Shown: positions 33,112 through 45,811 of the stretch, piece by piece | Layout of the letters: each line of letters starts with the position of its first letter | Numbering within the stretch: position 1 is the first letter of the stretch | Assembly: GCA_036012755.1 (NCBI GenBank) | Contig: DASCPX010000129.1 | Location: forward strand, 64,001 to 128,000 | Source: Myxococcota bacterium | Lineage (GTDB): Bacteria; Myxococcota_A; UBA796; CAJQPC01 | Reading direction: 5' to 3' | Length of the DNA: 64,000 bases | Made by a program: the position numbers and the translations under genes | The notes under the pieces: generated by a model | The model's input: the letters and a program-made list of their open reading frames with translations, nothing else | Told to the model about the DNA's origin: nothing | The model's database searches: none

Positions 33112-33906
33112 GTGAAGCGACGCTCATTCGTAGTCTCACTCGTTGCTGGAAGCGCGCTCGCTGCGTGGTCGCCGAGAGCCCATGCCCTCGACCTGGTCAG
33201 CAGCTCCATGGCCTCGACCGGAGGCGCGCTGGGCATCGTGGGCATCGTGCTCGTGGGCACCGCCAAGGGCGACGAGAGCCAGAAGACGACCGGGCGAGTC
33301 TTCATCATCGCGGGCTTTGCTGCCTCCGGTGCCTTCCTGGTCAGCTCGACCGTGCTGAACATGCTCGCGCTGGCCGTCTACTCCGACGAGATCGAGGCGC
33401 TGGAGCTCGAGGCCGCGGCGGGCCATGGCCCGATGCTGGACAGCCTCGCCGCGGGCTTCGATCTGAGCCCCGCCGAGGTGGCAGAGGCTGTCGGTGCTGC
33501 CCGCGCCCACGTGCCCGCGCTCCAGGACAACGAGGCCTTCTCTCACGCCCTCCTCGCGGAGCTCAGCCTCCGCACTGAGCTGACACAGGATCGGGCTCGG
33601 CCCATCGTGCAGCTGCTCGCCGAGGAGCGCGGTTTCTCGGACATGCCGGGGCACAGGGAGCTGAGCCGGATCACCGGCGTTCCCATCGCAGCGCTGGCGT
33701 CGCTCACGGATCGCGTCATCGGAGGCCACCTCGAGGCGAGCGCCGTCGCCGGAGAGATCCGCAGCGCCCGCGCCATCCTCAACCGCGACTCCCTGGTGGT
33801 CCTCGACAGGGTCATCGACAGCATCCTCGACGAGCACGGCGAGGAGGTCCACCACTGGATGCTGCTGCAGGCCGAAGCGGCGCGAGCGAGGGGCATCGTT
33901 CCCTGA
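33112..33906 (+). CDS. Tat-signal protein, DUF3015-like
   Basis: KRRSF...AHA signal and LELEAAAGHGPMLDSLA. Alternative ATG at 33094. Confidence 0.5.
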   Translation: MKRRSFVVSLVAGSALAAWSPRAHALDLVSSSMASTGGALGIVGIVLVGTAKGDESQKTTGRVFIIAGFAASGAFLVSSTVLNMLALAVYSDEIEALELEAAAGHGPMLDSLAAGFDLSPAEVAEAVGAARAHVPALQDNEAFSHALLAELSLRTELTQDRARPIVQLLAEERGFSDMPGHRELSRITGVPIAALASLTDRVIGGHLEASAVAGEIRSARAILNRDSLVVLDRVIDSILDEHGEEVHHWMLLQAEAARARGIVP

Positions 33907-36266
33907 GGCGGCGCCTGGTCGCGCTCGCCTGCCTTCTCGGGTCGGGCCCGAGCTGGGCGGACCAGGAGGTGGAGGGCACCTCGTGGGTCCTGGTCGACGA
34001 CGAGCTCCCTTGGGGGGAGGCGGAGGCGTCGCTCTTGGGAGAGCTGGCGGAGTCCTTGCCCCCGGCCTACCGAGATCCGGGCTGGACCGTGCGGATGAGC
34101 CTCCACCCCGCACCAGGGATGGACATCCGAGAAGAGCATGTGCTCGGACGGACCAACGCGGCGGGCCGCCGGGTCTCCCTGCGGCTCGACGGACTGGCAA
34201 AACGGCTCGGCGAGGGCTTCGCCGACGGCCTTGGGGGGGTGGTGCCGGAGGATCCGGAGGGCCTGGCCCTGGCCAGCCGGTACCTGGCCACTCGCGTCGT
34301 GATCCACGAGCTGACCCACGTCGTCGACAGGGGAGCCGACCTCAGCCACTCCGAGGCCTGGCGCAGCGTGGGGGACTGGTCCCTCACCGCCCGGGCCCCC
34401 GGTGTCATCCCGCGGGAGACCTTGGCGGAGTTCGCCTCTCCCCACGGTGCACGCAGTCCGTCAGAGGACCTCGCGACCTTCGCGGAGGTCTACTTTCTTC
34501 CCCCGCCGGTCGGCCCCACGGGCGCCGACGAGCACCCCAAGTGCGCCTTCCCGGGCAAGTTCCGCTTCTTCGCAGAGCGCTTCCCAGAGGGTCCCGACTA
34601 CTCCGGGGTCACCTGCAACAGTCCAGGCGACGAGGGCCTTGGCGCGGACGAGGTCCGCCGGGTCGAGATCCTCTGGGCGATGCCGTCCCTCGAAGCAGCC
34701 ACCTCGGCAGCCGGACACCTCATGTTGGTCCTCGAGCGGGAGACCCCAGGTGGGGTTCGGCTCGACACCTACTCGATGGTCGCGGACGATCGGGGCCTGG
34801 TGGAGAACTCCGCCTACTACCTGGCGATGGGGCTGGCCGGGGGCTTCTACTCGATGATCCAGCGCGAGCCGCTGGCCTCGGTCCAGCTCCGCTACGGCCG
34901 GGACGAGAACCGGGACATCGCGCGCTTCACCTGGCACCTCGACGAGGAGCAGGAGGCGAGGCTCCTCGCTCGCCTGCTCGATCTCGTCGAGCACTGGGAG
35001 CGTCCCTACTACTTCTTCCATCGAAACTGCACGGAGCTCATCGTCGAGCTCGCAGAGGCCGCCGGCACGCCGGTGGACGCGGCGCTGGTCAGCCCGCCGG
35101 ATCTCCTCCTCGCCGACCTCCTTCGCCAAGGAGTGATCAGCCCCGTCGAGGTGCCGGCCTCCTACCGCAGCAGCGCCACCCGAGCGCTGATGTCCAAGGA
35201 TGCCCGGGCGCAGGCGAGCGCTGATTTGTGCGGTGAGCGCTTCAGGGCAGAGTGGAGCGACCCCTCCCGTCGGGACGAGAGCTACCGGAGCATGCTCGGC
35301 CACGTCGAGCAGGTCGACACCAGCGAGTGCTGGTCGGAGCTGGCCCGCGTGCTGGCGTTGTCGGCGCCTCTCGAGCAGACCGAGTGGCTGGAGGTCTCTC
35401 GTAGCGGCGAGGACGTCGAGCAGCCGGGGCGCGCGGCGGCGCTCACGGCGGTGCGGGCTCACGTCTCGGTCGCGGAGCGCCTCGCCATCCAGCAGGAGAC
35501 AGAGGCCATCATCGAGGCGGAGCTGGTCCGGAGGGAGCCCGGCCCCGAGGCCCGGGACCACACACCCTATGTGCCCCTGGGCGCCGGCCTCGTCTGGGGC
35601 GGTCAGGGTCTGTGGCTGATCGAGGTCCGGCGGAGTGCCTTCGAGCTCGTCGTCGGAGAGCCGCGGCGCTTCCCCTCCGCCAAGGGAGTCGGCGGTGCCT
35701 TCCTCGATGGCGCGGTCGCCTGGTCCCCCTGGGATCGCGAGCAGCTCGTCATCGAGTACCAGGTCCTGCGTCTCGGTCGGCTCGACGAGCCCCTGCGTCG
35801 GCGACCGACTCTCGGGCCTGCTCTTCGGGTGGTCGGGGTGCATGGGGACCTGGCCCGCCACGCCACCTCGGTGGAGTGGGCGGCGATGGGTTTCAGCGTG
35901 AACATCCTCCACAGTCCGGACTGGCGAAACCACCTCGATCTGGCTGCCTTCGTCGCAGGCGAGTCGGCCTGGGACGACGGGGTTCCGGCCCACGATGTCG
36001 TGCTGCCGCTCGGGATCGAGGTGCTGCTCAGCGCCAGGGGTCGTCCGATCATGCTGCACGCCGACGCCAGCCACAGCCTGCTGTTCGGTTCCAGGGGTCC
36101 GCTCCGGCGGTTGGACTACGAGGCGGCCCTGCGAGTGGGCTCCCTGACGACCTGGGACGTGGGCGTCACGCCGGAGCTCCGGGCCTCTGGTCGCCAGTGG
36201 ATCGGCGATACGCCCACCTGGAATCGGCACCAGCTGGGGCTCGGTCTTCGCTTCGAGCGGTACTGA
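33903..36266 (+). CDS. Lnb/DUF4105-family protein with N-terminal HExxH region and C-terminal barrel-like region
   Basis: GHLMLV and YYFFHRNCT (Lnb-type His/Cys), IHELTH, C-terminal LGLRFERY. Start may be CTG 33903 or GTG 33969. Confidence 0.7.
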   Translation: MRRRLVALACLLGSGPSWADQEVEGTSWVLVDDELPWGEAEASLLGELAESLPPAYRDPGWTVRMSLHPAPGMDIREEHVLGRTNAAGRRVSLRLDGLAKRLGEGFADGLGGVVPEDPEGLALASRYLATRVVIHELTHVVDRGADLSHSEAWRSVGDWSLTARAPGVIPRETLAEFASPHGARSPSEDLATFAEVYFLPPPVGPTGADEHPKCAFPGKFRFFAERFPEGPDYSGVTCNSPGDEGLGADEVRRVEILWAMPSLEAATSAAGHLMLVLERETPGGVRLDTYSMVADDRGLVENSAYYLAMGLAGGFYSMIQREPLASVQLRYGRDENRDIARFTWHLDEEQEARLLARLLDLVEHWERPYYFFHRNCTELIVELAEAAGTPVDAALVSPPDLLLADLLRQGVISPVEVPASYRSSATRALMSKDARAQASADLCGERFRAEWSDPSRRDESYRSMLGHVEQVDTSECWSELARVLALSAPLEQTEWLEVSRSGEDVEQPGRAAALTAVRAHVSVAERLAIQQETEAIIEAELVRREPGPEARDHTPYVPLGAGLVWGGQGLWLIEVRRSAFELVVGEPRRFPSAKGVGGAFLDGAVAWSPWDREQLVIEYQVLRLGRLDEPLRRRPTLGPALRVVGVHGDLARHATSVEWAAMGFSVNILHSPDWRNHLDLAAFVAGESAWDDGVPAHDVVLPLGIEVLLSARGRPIMLHADASHSLLFGSRGPLRRLDYEAALRVGSLTTWDVGVTPELRASGRQWIGDTPTWNRHQLGLGLRFERY

Positions 36267-36309
36267 GTGAATCGGGGGCTGGACAGAGGGGGGATCCCCG
36301 AGGTACGAA

Positions 36310-36322
36310 GTGGTCGGACCAC
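36310..36322. promoter_or_regulatory. FadR/GntR-type operator
   Basis: Perfect palindrome GTGGTC-G-GACCAC (TGGTnnnACCA) just upstream of an operon that encodes a FadR-family regulator. Confidence 0.65.
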
Positions 36323-36342
36323 CAGACCACTGGACCAGTAGA

Positions 36343-37811
<1,469 letters not shown>

Positions 37812-37812
<1 letters not shown>

Positions 37813-38495
37813 TGCCCTTCGCGCCCATCAGGAAGCGCAAGCTGGGGGAGCAGATCGCAGAGAGCATCCGCGACGCCATCCTCGGCGGCGAGCTCACGGC
37901 GGGGGAGAGCCTGCCCTCGGAGCGCAGGCTGGCCGACCGCTTCGGCGTGAACCGCTCGAGCGTGCGCGAGGCTGTCCGTCGGCTCGAGGCCCTTGGCCTC
38001 GTCGAGGTCCGGCATGGGGGCGGGACCATCGTCAACGACGTCCTCGCCACCGCCGGTCTCCAGATCCTGCCCTTCCTCATCGCCCCGAACGGCGAACTCG
38101 ATCCGAAGCTCCTGGCCGACCTCCTGGACATTCGCGTCGCGCTGATGGGCTTCACCGCCTCGCGCGCGGCCCGGGGCGAGGGGCCCCTCGATGACCTGGA
38201 GGCCCTGGTCGAGGCAATGGAGTCAGAGCGGGATCCAGGGCGCCTGCAGACCCTGGACTTCGACTTCTTCGAGCTCCTGGTCGTCCGGAGCGACAACCGC
38301 GTGCTCGGCCTGATCAACAACGCCGTTCGCCGCGTCTACAACACCCACGCCGAGCTCTTCGCGATGCTCTACGGAGGCGGCATCGACACGACGCCGCACC
38401 GTCGGACACTCGAGGCTCTGCGTACCGGCGACGCCGATGGGGCTCGCCGCGCCATGGAGGCCCACGGCCTCATCGCCTGTGGAGGCATCTCATGA
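37812..38495 (+). CDS. GntR family (FadR subfamily) transcriptional regulator
   Basis: LPSERRLADRFGVNRSSVREAVRRLEALGLVEVRHGGGT plus an FCD-like domain. Confidence 0.92.
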
Positions 38496-39946
38496 TGGAA
38501 AGAGCCCGTAGGGCCCAGGCTCGCTGGGCCGCGCTGCCCGTCGAGGAGCGCGCGCGTCGGCTCCGCCCCGCGATCGACAGCCTGCTGGAGCGCCGCGAAC
38601 AGATCGCGGACATCGTCTGCGAGGAGAACGGAAAGCCCCGCGTCGAGGCCCTGCTTCACGAGATCGGAGCCTCCGTCGGCAAGCTCGACTGGCTCTGTCG
38701 CGAGGCCCCTTCGATCCTCGCGCCAGAGGCCCGGCGCCTGACCTGGATGCCCACGCGACGGGCCGAGGTCCACCGGGTCCCCCACGGGGTCGTGCTGGTC
38801 ATCTCTCCCTGGAACGTGCCTCTCGGGATCCCCCTCGGGCAGGTCGCCGCGGCGCTGCTCGCAGGCAACGCCGTGGTGCTCAAGCCGAGCGAGGTGACGC
38901 CTCGCTGCGGCGCTGTCGTCGGAGAGCTCTTTGCGGGCTGCGACCTTCCCAGCGGTCTCCTGCAGGTCGTCCAAGGCGATGGCGCCGTGGGCGCCTCGCT
39001 CATCGCCCAGAAGCCCGACAAGGTGCTGTTCACCGGGAGCGTCGCCACGGGGCGAAAGGTCATGAAGGCCGCCGCCGAGCACCCGATCCCGGTCGGTCTG
39101 GAGCTCGGAGGGATCGACGCGCTCATCGTCTGCGACGACGCGGACCTCGAGTACGCGGCCTCCGCGGCTGCCTGGGGAGCCACCTTCAACGGGGGCCAGG
39201 TCTGCGCGTCGGTCGAGCGCCTCCTGGTCCAGGCGAGCGTGTACGAGCCCTTCCTCGCCCTGCTCCAGGACAAGCTGGAGCGGGTCGATCCTGCGACCGA
39301 GCTCGGGCGGATCACCGCCCAGCGACAGAAGCGGGTCTACGAGCACCACCTCGAGGACATGAAGGCTCGAGGGCTGGACATCCGCACTGGCGGTGAGTTC
39401 ATCGACGAGCTGCGCCTGGCCCCCACGCTGGTGGCTGGAGAGGGTGTCGGCGAGTCCGCCGTGTGGCGCGAGGAGAGCTTCGGGCCGCTGGTGGCCGCGC
39501 GTCCCTTCGACACCGATGACCAGGCGGTCCAGCTCCATGACGCCACGGAGTTCGGCCTGACGGCGTCTGTCTTCTCTCGCAATCCGGAGCGGGCTCGCGC
39601 GCTCGCCGGGCGGCTGCGCGTCGGCCTGGTGTCGATCAACGACGTCGGCGCCTCGCTCTATGGACACGCGGAGCTGCCCTGGGGCGGGGTCGGCCAGTCT
39701 GGTTTCGGCCGGAGCCAGGGCAAGGAGGGCCTCCTCGAGCTCACCTACGCCAAGGTGATCGAGGACGGCCCGGCCGGCTTCGAGGCCAAGCGTCCCTGGT
39801 GGTACCCCTACGACCAGGACCAGCTGCAGCTGCTGTCGATGTTCGGACAGCTCATCGGCTCCCGGAGCCACCTGGGACGGGCTCGCCTCCTGGCGCGGAT
39901 GGGCGGCCGCGCCGCCCGCATGGTCACCCGCAGCCCGAGGCTCTGA
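38492..39946 (+). CDS. Aldehyde dehydrogenase
   Basis: ISPWNVP, LKPSE, FTGSVATG, LELGG, NGGQVC (catalytic Cys), EESFGP. Confidence 0.93.
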   Translation: MMERARRAQARWAALPVEERARRLRPAIDSLLERREQIADIVCEENGKPRVEALLHEIGASVGKLDWLCREAPSILAPEARRLTWMPTRRAEVHRVPHGVVLVISPWNVPLGIPLGQVAAALLAGNAVVLKPSEVTPRCGAVVGELFAGCDLPSGLLQVVQGDGAVGASLIAQKPDKVLFTGSVATGRKVMKAAAEHPIPVGLELGGIDALIVCDDADLEYAASAAAWGATFNGGQVCASVERLLVQASVYEPFLALLQDKLERVDPATELGRITAQRQKRVYEHHLEDMKARGLDIRTGGEFIDELRLAPTLVAGEGVGESAVWREESFGPLVAARPFDTDDQAVQLHDATEFGLTASVFSRNPERARALAGRLRVGLVSINDVGASLYGHAELPWGGVGQSGFGRSQGKEGLLELTYAKVIEDGPAGFEAKRPWWYPYDQDQLQLLSMFGQLIGSRSHLGRARLLARMGGRAARMVTRSPRL

Positions 39947-39947
39947 G

Positions 39948-40922
39948 ATGCACGAAGACAACCTCGTTCGCTACGTCGCCGGGGCTGGCGGACACGTGGA
40001 GTCCTGGTTCCTCCGGGCGAACGACCCGGACTCCCGCCGCGCCTTCTGGCTCAAGACGACCCTGCTCCAGGATCTGGAGGGTCGAGCCGTGGCCGAGGCC
40101 TGGTGTTGCACCTTCGATGGCGCGGACACCTGGGGTGGTCGCAGCACCGTGCCCCTGGGCGAAGCACGCCTGGTCGGTCCGCTCGTCGTCGGAGCCTGCG
40201 AGATGGATCTCGAGGCGGGGACCTGCCGGGGAGAGATCGGGGACCGCAGCTGGGACCTCCGCTTCGAGCGGGCGCCCGCGCCTCTCGCGGCACCCCTCTG
40301 CATGATGCCTATGGCCCGCATGAAGGAGTGGCCGGTTCCCCGCAGCAAGCTCCTGACACCAGCTCCGGCGCTGTTGTTCTCGGGCACGATGAGCTGGGGA
40401 GGGCAGGAGGTCGCCATCGAGCAGTGGCCGGGCATGCAGGGTCACAACTGGGGCAAGGAGCACGCCCACACCTACGCCTGGGGCCAGTGCCTGTTCTCGG
40501 ACGACGAGGGGGTCTTCGCCATGGTCGAGGCCTTCAGCGGCCGGCTGGCGATGGCGGGACGGCTGACGCCCTTCATCTCGGGCATGGTCGTGCGCCGAGG
40601 AGACCGCGTCTACCGCTGGGACCGCCTCGTCGACCTCTGGAACCAGGAACCAGAGGTCCACGACACGCACTGGCGGCTACGGCTCCGCGGCCCCGACGGC
40701 GATGCGGAGCTCCGGATGCGCGCCCTGCCCGACGAGATGGTCACCCTCGGCTACCGGAATCCGGACGAACACCTCTCCTACTGCTTCAACTCCAAGCTGG
40801 CCGAGGTCGAGCTCGTCGTGAACCCGACAACGGGCGACGGCTTCACCTGCCGGAGTCCCCATGGTGGGGCTCTCGAGATGCTCCGGCGCGAGCCCAATCC
40901 GCGCTTCGGGGAGGTCGTGTGA
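39948..40922 (+). CDS. Hypothetical protein, tocopherol-cyclase/AttH-like
   Basis: ESWFLRAN and GMQGHNWGKEHAHTYAW; Trp-rich beta fold. Confidence 0.55.
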   Translation: MHEDNLVRYVAGAGGHVESWFLRANDPDSRRAFWLKTTLLQDLEGRAVAEAWCCTFDGADTWGGRSTVPLGEARLVGPLVVGACEMDLEAGTCRGEIGDRSWDLRFERAPAPLAAPLCMMPMARMKEWPVPRSKLLTPAPALLFSGTMSWGGQEVAIEQWPGMQGHNWGKEHAHTYAWGQCLFSDDEGVFAMVEAFSGRLAMAGRLTPFISGMVVRRGDRVYRWDRLVDLWNQEPEVHDTHWRLRLRGPDGDAELRMRALPDEMVTLGYRNPDEHLSYCFNSKLAEVELVVNPTTGDGFTCRSPHGGALEMLRREPNPRFGEVV

Positions 40923-43261
40923 GCGGTCTGTGTTTCTTCGAGACGATGTCCGGAGTCCTCGTGGACGACAAGGGCCTCTCCCACCTCGTCGACTTCGAGG
41001 TCAAGGCCGAGGCCAAGAGCGTGCGCGGCTTCCTACGAAGTGGGCGCAGCCGGCTCACCGGGGTCGTGCGTGCCCGTCCGTGGGCTGATGACGCGCCTCT
41101 CGAGGGCACCCTGGAGGTCGGCCCCCGTCTCTTCGTCTACGACTTCACCTTCCGTGACGAGGACCGCCTCTTCCGCCTGCGCGGCGAGAAGCACCTCGGC
41201 CCGACTCACCTGCTGCAGCGCATGACGACCCTGCACGCTGAGCTCTCAGAGGGCGAGACGGTCCTCGCGACCGGGACGATCCGCTTCGATCTGAACGAGG
41301 CCCCCGCGCTGTTGAGCTCGTTCTCTCCCTTTTCGGGCTTCAGGCGAGAAGACCTGCCCGGGACCTTCTCTCCCGAGGAGGTCGCCCTGATGCGTGCCTG
41401 GACGGAGACCGCGATCGTCCCCGGAGAACTCATCGCAGAGGCCGATGAACAGACCCACGAGGAAACCCTCGCCGTTCTTCGCCGGGCGCCGCCCCGGATT
41501 CGTCGCCTGACCAAGTGGGCACTTCGGGCGGTCGATCTCGCCGCCAGAGCCAGGTACGGCCGCGGCTTCGTCGGGCTCGACCTCGAGGACAGGCGCGCGC
41601 TCGCGGCGGGCATCGGGCGCGCCGGTGTCGGCGGTCAGGGGCTCCTCCTGCTCCTGGGCTTCGCGCCCAAGTCGGTGCACTTCGGTCGGCCGGAGTACCT
41701 CGAGGCCATCGGATCGATCAGCTACGACAACCCGGTCCGGGAGCCCGACCCGCGCTGGCTCCAGCAGGTCACGCCTCCAGAGGAGCTCGCACGCGACAGC
41801 GAGCTGGAGGCTGACGTGGTCATCGTCGGCACCGGCGCTGGCGGTGGACCCGTCGCCGCGATGCTCGCCGAGGCCGGCCTGGGCGTCGCGATCGTCGAGG
41901 AGGGGCGCTACGGGCTCCGCCAGGACTTCGAGGGTCCTCCGCTGGACCGCATGCATCGCTTCTGGCGGGACGGGGGCCTCCAGTTCACCCTGGGCAACGT
42001 CCCCATCGCCTTGCCGACCGGCAAGATGGTCGGCGGCACCACCGCCATCAACTCCGGGACGTGCTTCCGCACCCCGGACGCGGTGCTGGCCGAGTGGCGC
42101 TCAGAGGGCTTCCCGACGGACTTCTCCCCTCAGTCCTTCGGGCGCTGGCTGGACTCGGTGGAGGCGGAGCTGCAGGTCGAGCCCGGGGAGGCGCGCTACC
42201 TCGGTCGGATCGCAGAGGTCGTCGCCCGGGGCGCAGAGGCCATGGGCAAGCCCCACGGTCCCCTCCGCCGGAACGCGCCGGGATGCGATGGTCAAGGTGT
42301 GTGCGCGGTCGGCTGTCCGACCGACGCCAAGCGCTCGACGAACATCTCCTACATCCCGCGGGCGCTGGCGAGTGGAGCGGCGCTGTTCACCGGGCTCAAG
42401 GTCCACCGCGTGCTGATGCGGGGGCACCGAGCCGTCGGCGTCGAGGCTCGTGGACAGGACGAGCGCGGGGCTCCGCGAAGGCTCCGGATCAAGGCCCGGG
42501 CGGTCGTCATCGCGGCCGGGACGCTCGCTTCACCGCTTCTGTTGCACGCCAGCGGCGTCCGCCTGCCGATGCTCGGGAAGAACCTCTCCATCCACCCGGC
42601 GCTGGGCATGTTCGGCATGTTCGAGGAGCGCATGGAGGCCTGGAATGCCATCCCCCAGAGCTACGGGGTCGAGGGACTGGTCGACGAGCGCGTTCGCTTC
42701 GAGGGCTTCTACGTGCCCCCGCAGCTCGCTGCGCCGCTGATGCCCGTCGAGGGCCCCGAGCTCACCCGCTGGATGGACCGGGCCGCTCATGTCGCCCAGT
42801 TCGGCTTCATGGTGCGGGACCGTGGCGTCGGTTCGGTTCGGCCTGACTCCGGTGGTCGCCCGCTGATCCGCTACGACATCGACCGGGGGACCCTCGAGCG
42901 CTTCCGAAAGGGCTCGGCGCTCCTGGCCGAGCTCCTGCTCCGCGGGGGCGCCAGCGAGGTCCTCGCCGGGGTGGGATCCACGATCACCCTGACCACGCTG
43001 TCCGAAGCCCGCGCCCTGGCCGAGGCTCCGCTGCGCCCGAGCGCCTTCCGCTCCAGCGCCTTCCACCCCCTGGGGACCTGTCGCATGGGCGCTGACGCCG
43101 CCCGCGGCGTCGTGGACTTCGACCACAAGGTCTACGGGACGCGGAATCTGTACGTGATCGACGGCTCGACCGTGCCCAGTTCGTTGGGCGTCAACCCCCA
43201 GGTCACGATCATGGCGATGGCCGCTCGGGCGGGGCATCGTCTCGCTGCTGCCCTCGGATAG
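40919..43261 (+). CDS. GMC-family oxidoreductase with N-terminal accessory domains
   Basis: VVIVGTGAGG, VGGTTAINSG, C..GC motif, HPLGTCRMG, DGSTVPSSLGVNPQVTI. Confidence 0.88.
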   Translation: MSGLCFFETMSGVLVDDKGLSHLVDFEVKAEAKSVRGFLRSGRSRLTGVVRARPWADDAPLEGTLEVGPRLFVYDFTFRDEDRLFRLRGEKHLGPTHLLQRMTTLHAELSEGETVLATGTIRFDLNEAPALLSSFSPFSGFRREDLPGTFSPEEVALMRAWTETAIVPGELIAEADEQTHEETLAVLRRAPPRIRRLTKWALRAVDLAARARYGRGFVGLDLEDRRALAAGIGRAGVGGQGLLLLLGFAPKSVHFGRPEYLEAIGSISYDNPVREPDPRWLQQVTPPEELARDSELEADVVIVGTGAGGGPVAAMLAEAGLGVAIVEEGRYGLRQDFEGPPLDRMHRFWRDGGLQFTLGNVPIALPTGKMVGGTTAINSGTCFRTPDAVLAEWRSEGFPTDFSPQSFGRWLDSVEAELQVEPGEARYLGRIAEVVARGAEAMGKPHGPLRRNAPGCDGQGVCAVGCPTDAKRSTNISYIPRALASGAALFTGLKVHRVLMRGHRAVGVEARGQDERGAPRRLRIKARAVVIAAGTLASPLLLHASGVRLPMLGKNLSIHPALGMFGMFEERMEAWNAIPQSYGVEGLVDERVRFEGFYVPPQLAAPLMPVEGPELTRWMDRAAHVAQFGFMVRDRGVGSVRPDSGGRPLIRYDIDRGTLERFRKGSALLAELLLRGGASEVLAGVGSTITLTTLSEARALAEAPLRPSAFRSSAFHPLGTCRMGADAARGVVDFDHKVYGTRNLYVIDGSTVPSSLGVNPQVTIMAMAARAGHRLAAALG

Positions 43262-43286
43262 GGGCGGAGGGCGCTACGCTCCAAGC

Positions 43287-44338
<1,052 letters not shown>

Positions 44339-44342
<4 letters not shown>

Positions 44343-45793
44343 GCGCGACTGTTCTCGCCATCGACGACGAGCCCGAGCTCCTCGGCAGCATCAGGAAGAT
44401 CCTCAGCCGGGAGGGGCTGCGGGTGTTGACCGCGTCCTCGGGCGAGCAGGGCCTGCTCCTGCTCCAGCAGGACGAGTCGCCCGATCTGGTGCTCACCGAC
44501 CTGATGATGCCCGGACTCGGCGGCATGGAGGTGCTTCGCAGCGTGCGCCGCCGCCACCCGGAGACCCCCGTCGTCGTGATGACGGCCTACGCCACGGTCG
44601 AGAACGCCGTCCAGTCGATCCGCGAGGGGGCATACGACGTCCTCACCAAGCCCTTCTCTCCCGACCAGCTGCTCCTGGTGGTCCAGCGGGCCGTCGAGCG
44701 TCGCCGGCTGCGGGTCGAGAACTCCGCCCTGCGCGCCCAGCTCGGGCGCGGCGAGAGCGACGGGCCTTCGCGCATCGTCGGCGAGTCCCAAGCCATCGAG
44801 CGGCTCCGGGAGCTGCTGCGTCGGGTGGGGCCCACGGAGCTCTCCGTCCTCATCACGGGCGAGTCCGGCACCGGGAAGGAGATCGTGGCGCAGGCTCTCC
44901 ACCTCGCCAGCAAGCGAGCGAAGAAGCCCTTCGTCCCGGTCGACTGCGCCGCCATCCCCGCCAACCTGATGGAGTCGGAGCTCTTCGGCCACGAGCGGGG
45001 CGCCTTCACCGGCGCGACCGGTCGTCGCAAGGGGCTGGTCGAGGCGGCGCACAAGGGCACCTTCTTCCTCGACGAGATCGGCGAGATGTCGCTGGATCTG
45101 CAGGTCAAGCTCCTGCGCCTGTTGCAGGAGCGGCAGTTCCGCCGGGTGGGCGGGACCGACATGCACGAGGTCGACCTGCGTGTGGTCGCGGCCACCAATC
45201 GCCAGCTGGACAAGATGGTCCGCGAGGGCGGCTTCCGCGAGGACCTCTTCCATCGCCTCAACGTCGTGCACGTTCACCTGCCCGCGCTGCGCGAGCGCCC
45301 GGAGGACGTGCCGATCCTCCTGCAGCACTTCGTCAAGCGCTGCGCCCTGGAGGCCGGGAGGGGTTCACTGCGACTCTCGAGCGACGTCGTCGACGCGCTC
45401 ACGCGCTACTCGTGGCCGGGCAACGTGCGCGAGCTGGTGAACTGTGCGCGCTATGTCGCTTCGCTGGCTCCTGGTCCAGAGGTGCGCCTGGCCGACCTGC
45501 CTCCGCGCCTGAAGGGGGTCGGAGGACCCGTGCCGCTGGCCTCTGAACAAGCTCGCGGCTCTCCCGGCTCTGCCGGCTCCGCCCTTGGCGAACCGGCGGC
45601 CATTCGCTACGACCTCCCCTACAAGAAGGCCAAGCGAATGTGGCTGGAGGTCTTCGAGTTCGCCTACATCACCTACCTGTTGAAGCGGCACGACAACAAC
45701 GTCTCCCACGCGGCTCGAGAGGCCGGCATCGACCGGAAGTCGATCCAACGGCTCATGAAGCGCAACAACATGAAGGGCACTCGGGATGAGTGA
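44339..45793 (+). CDS. Sigma54-dependent response regulator (NtrC family)
   Basis: Receiver domain (DDE, DLMMP), [29 protein letters not shown]-terminal HTH. Confidence 0.95.
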
Positions 45794-45811
45794 GCTATTC
45801 TCGGCGCCCTC

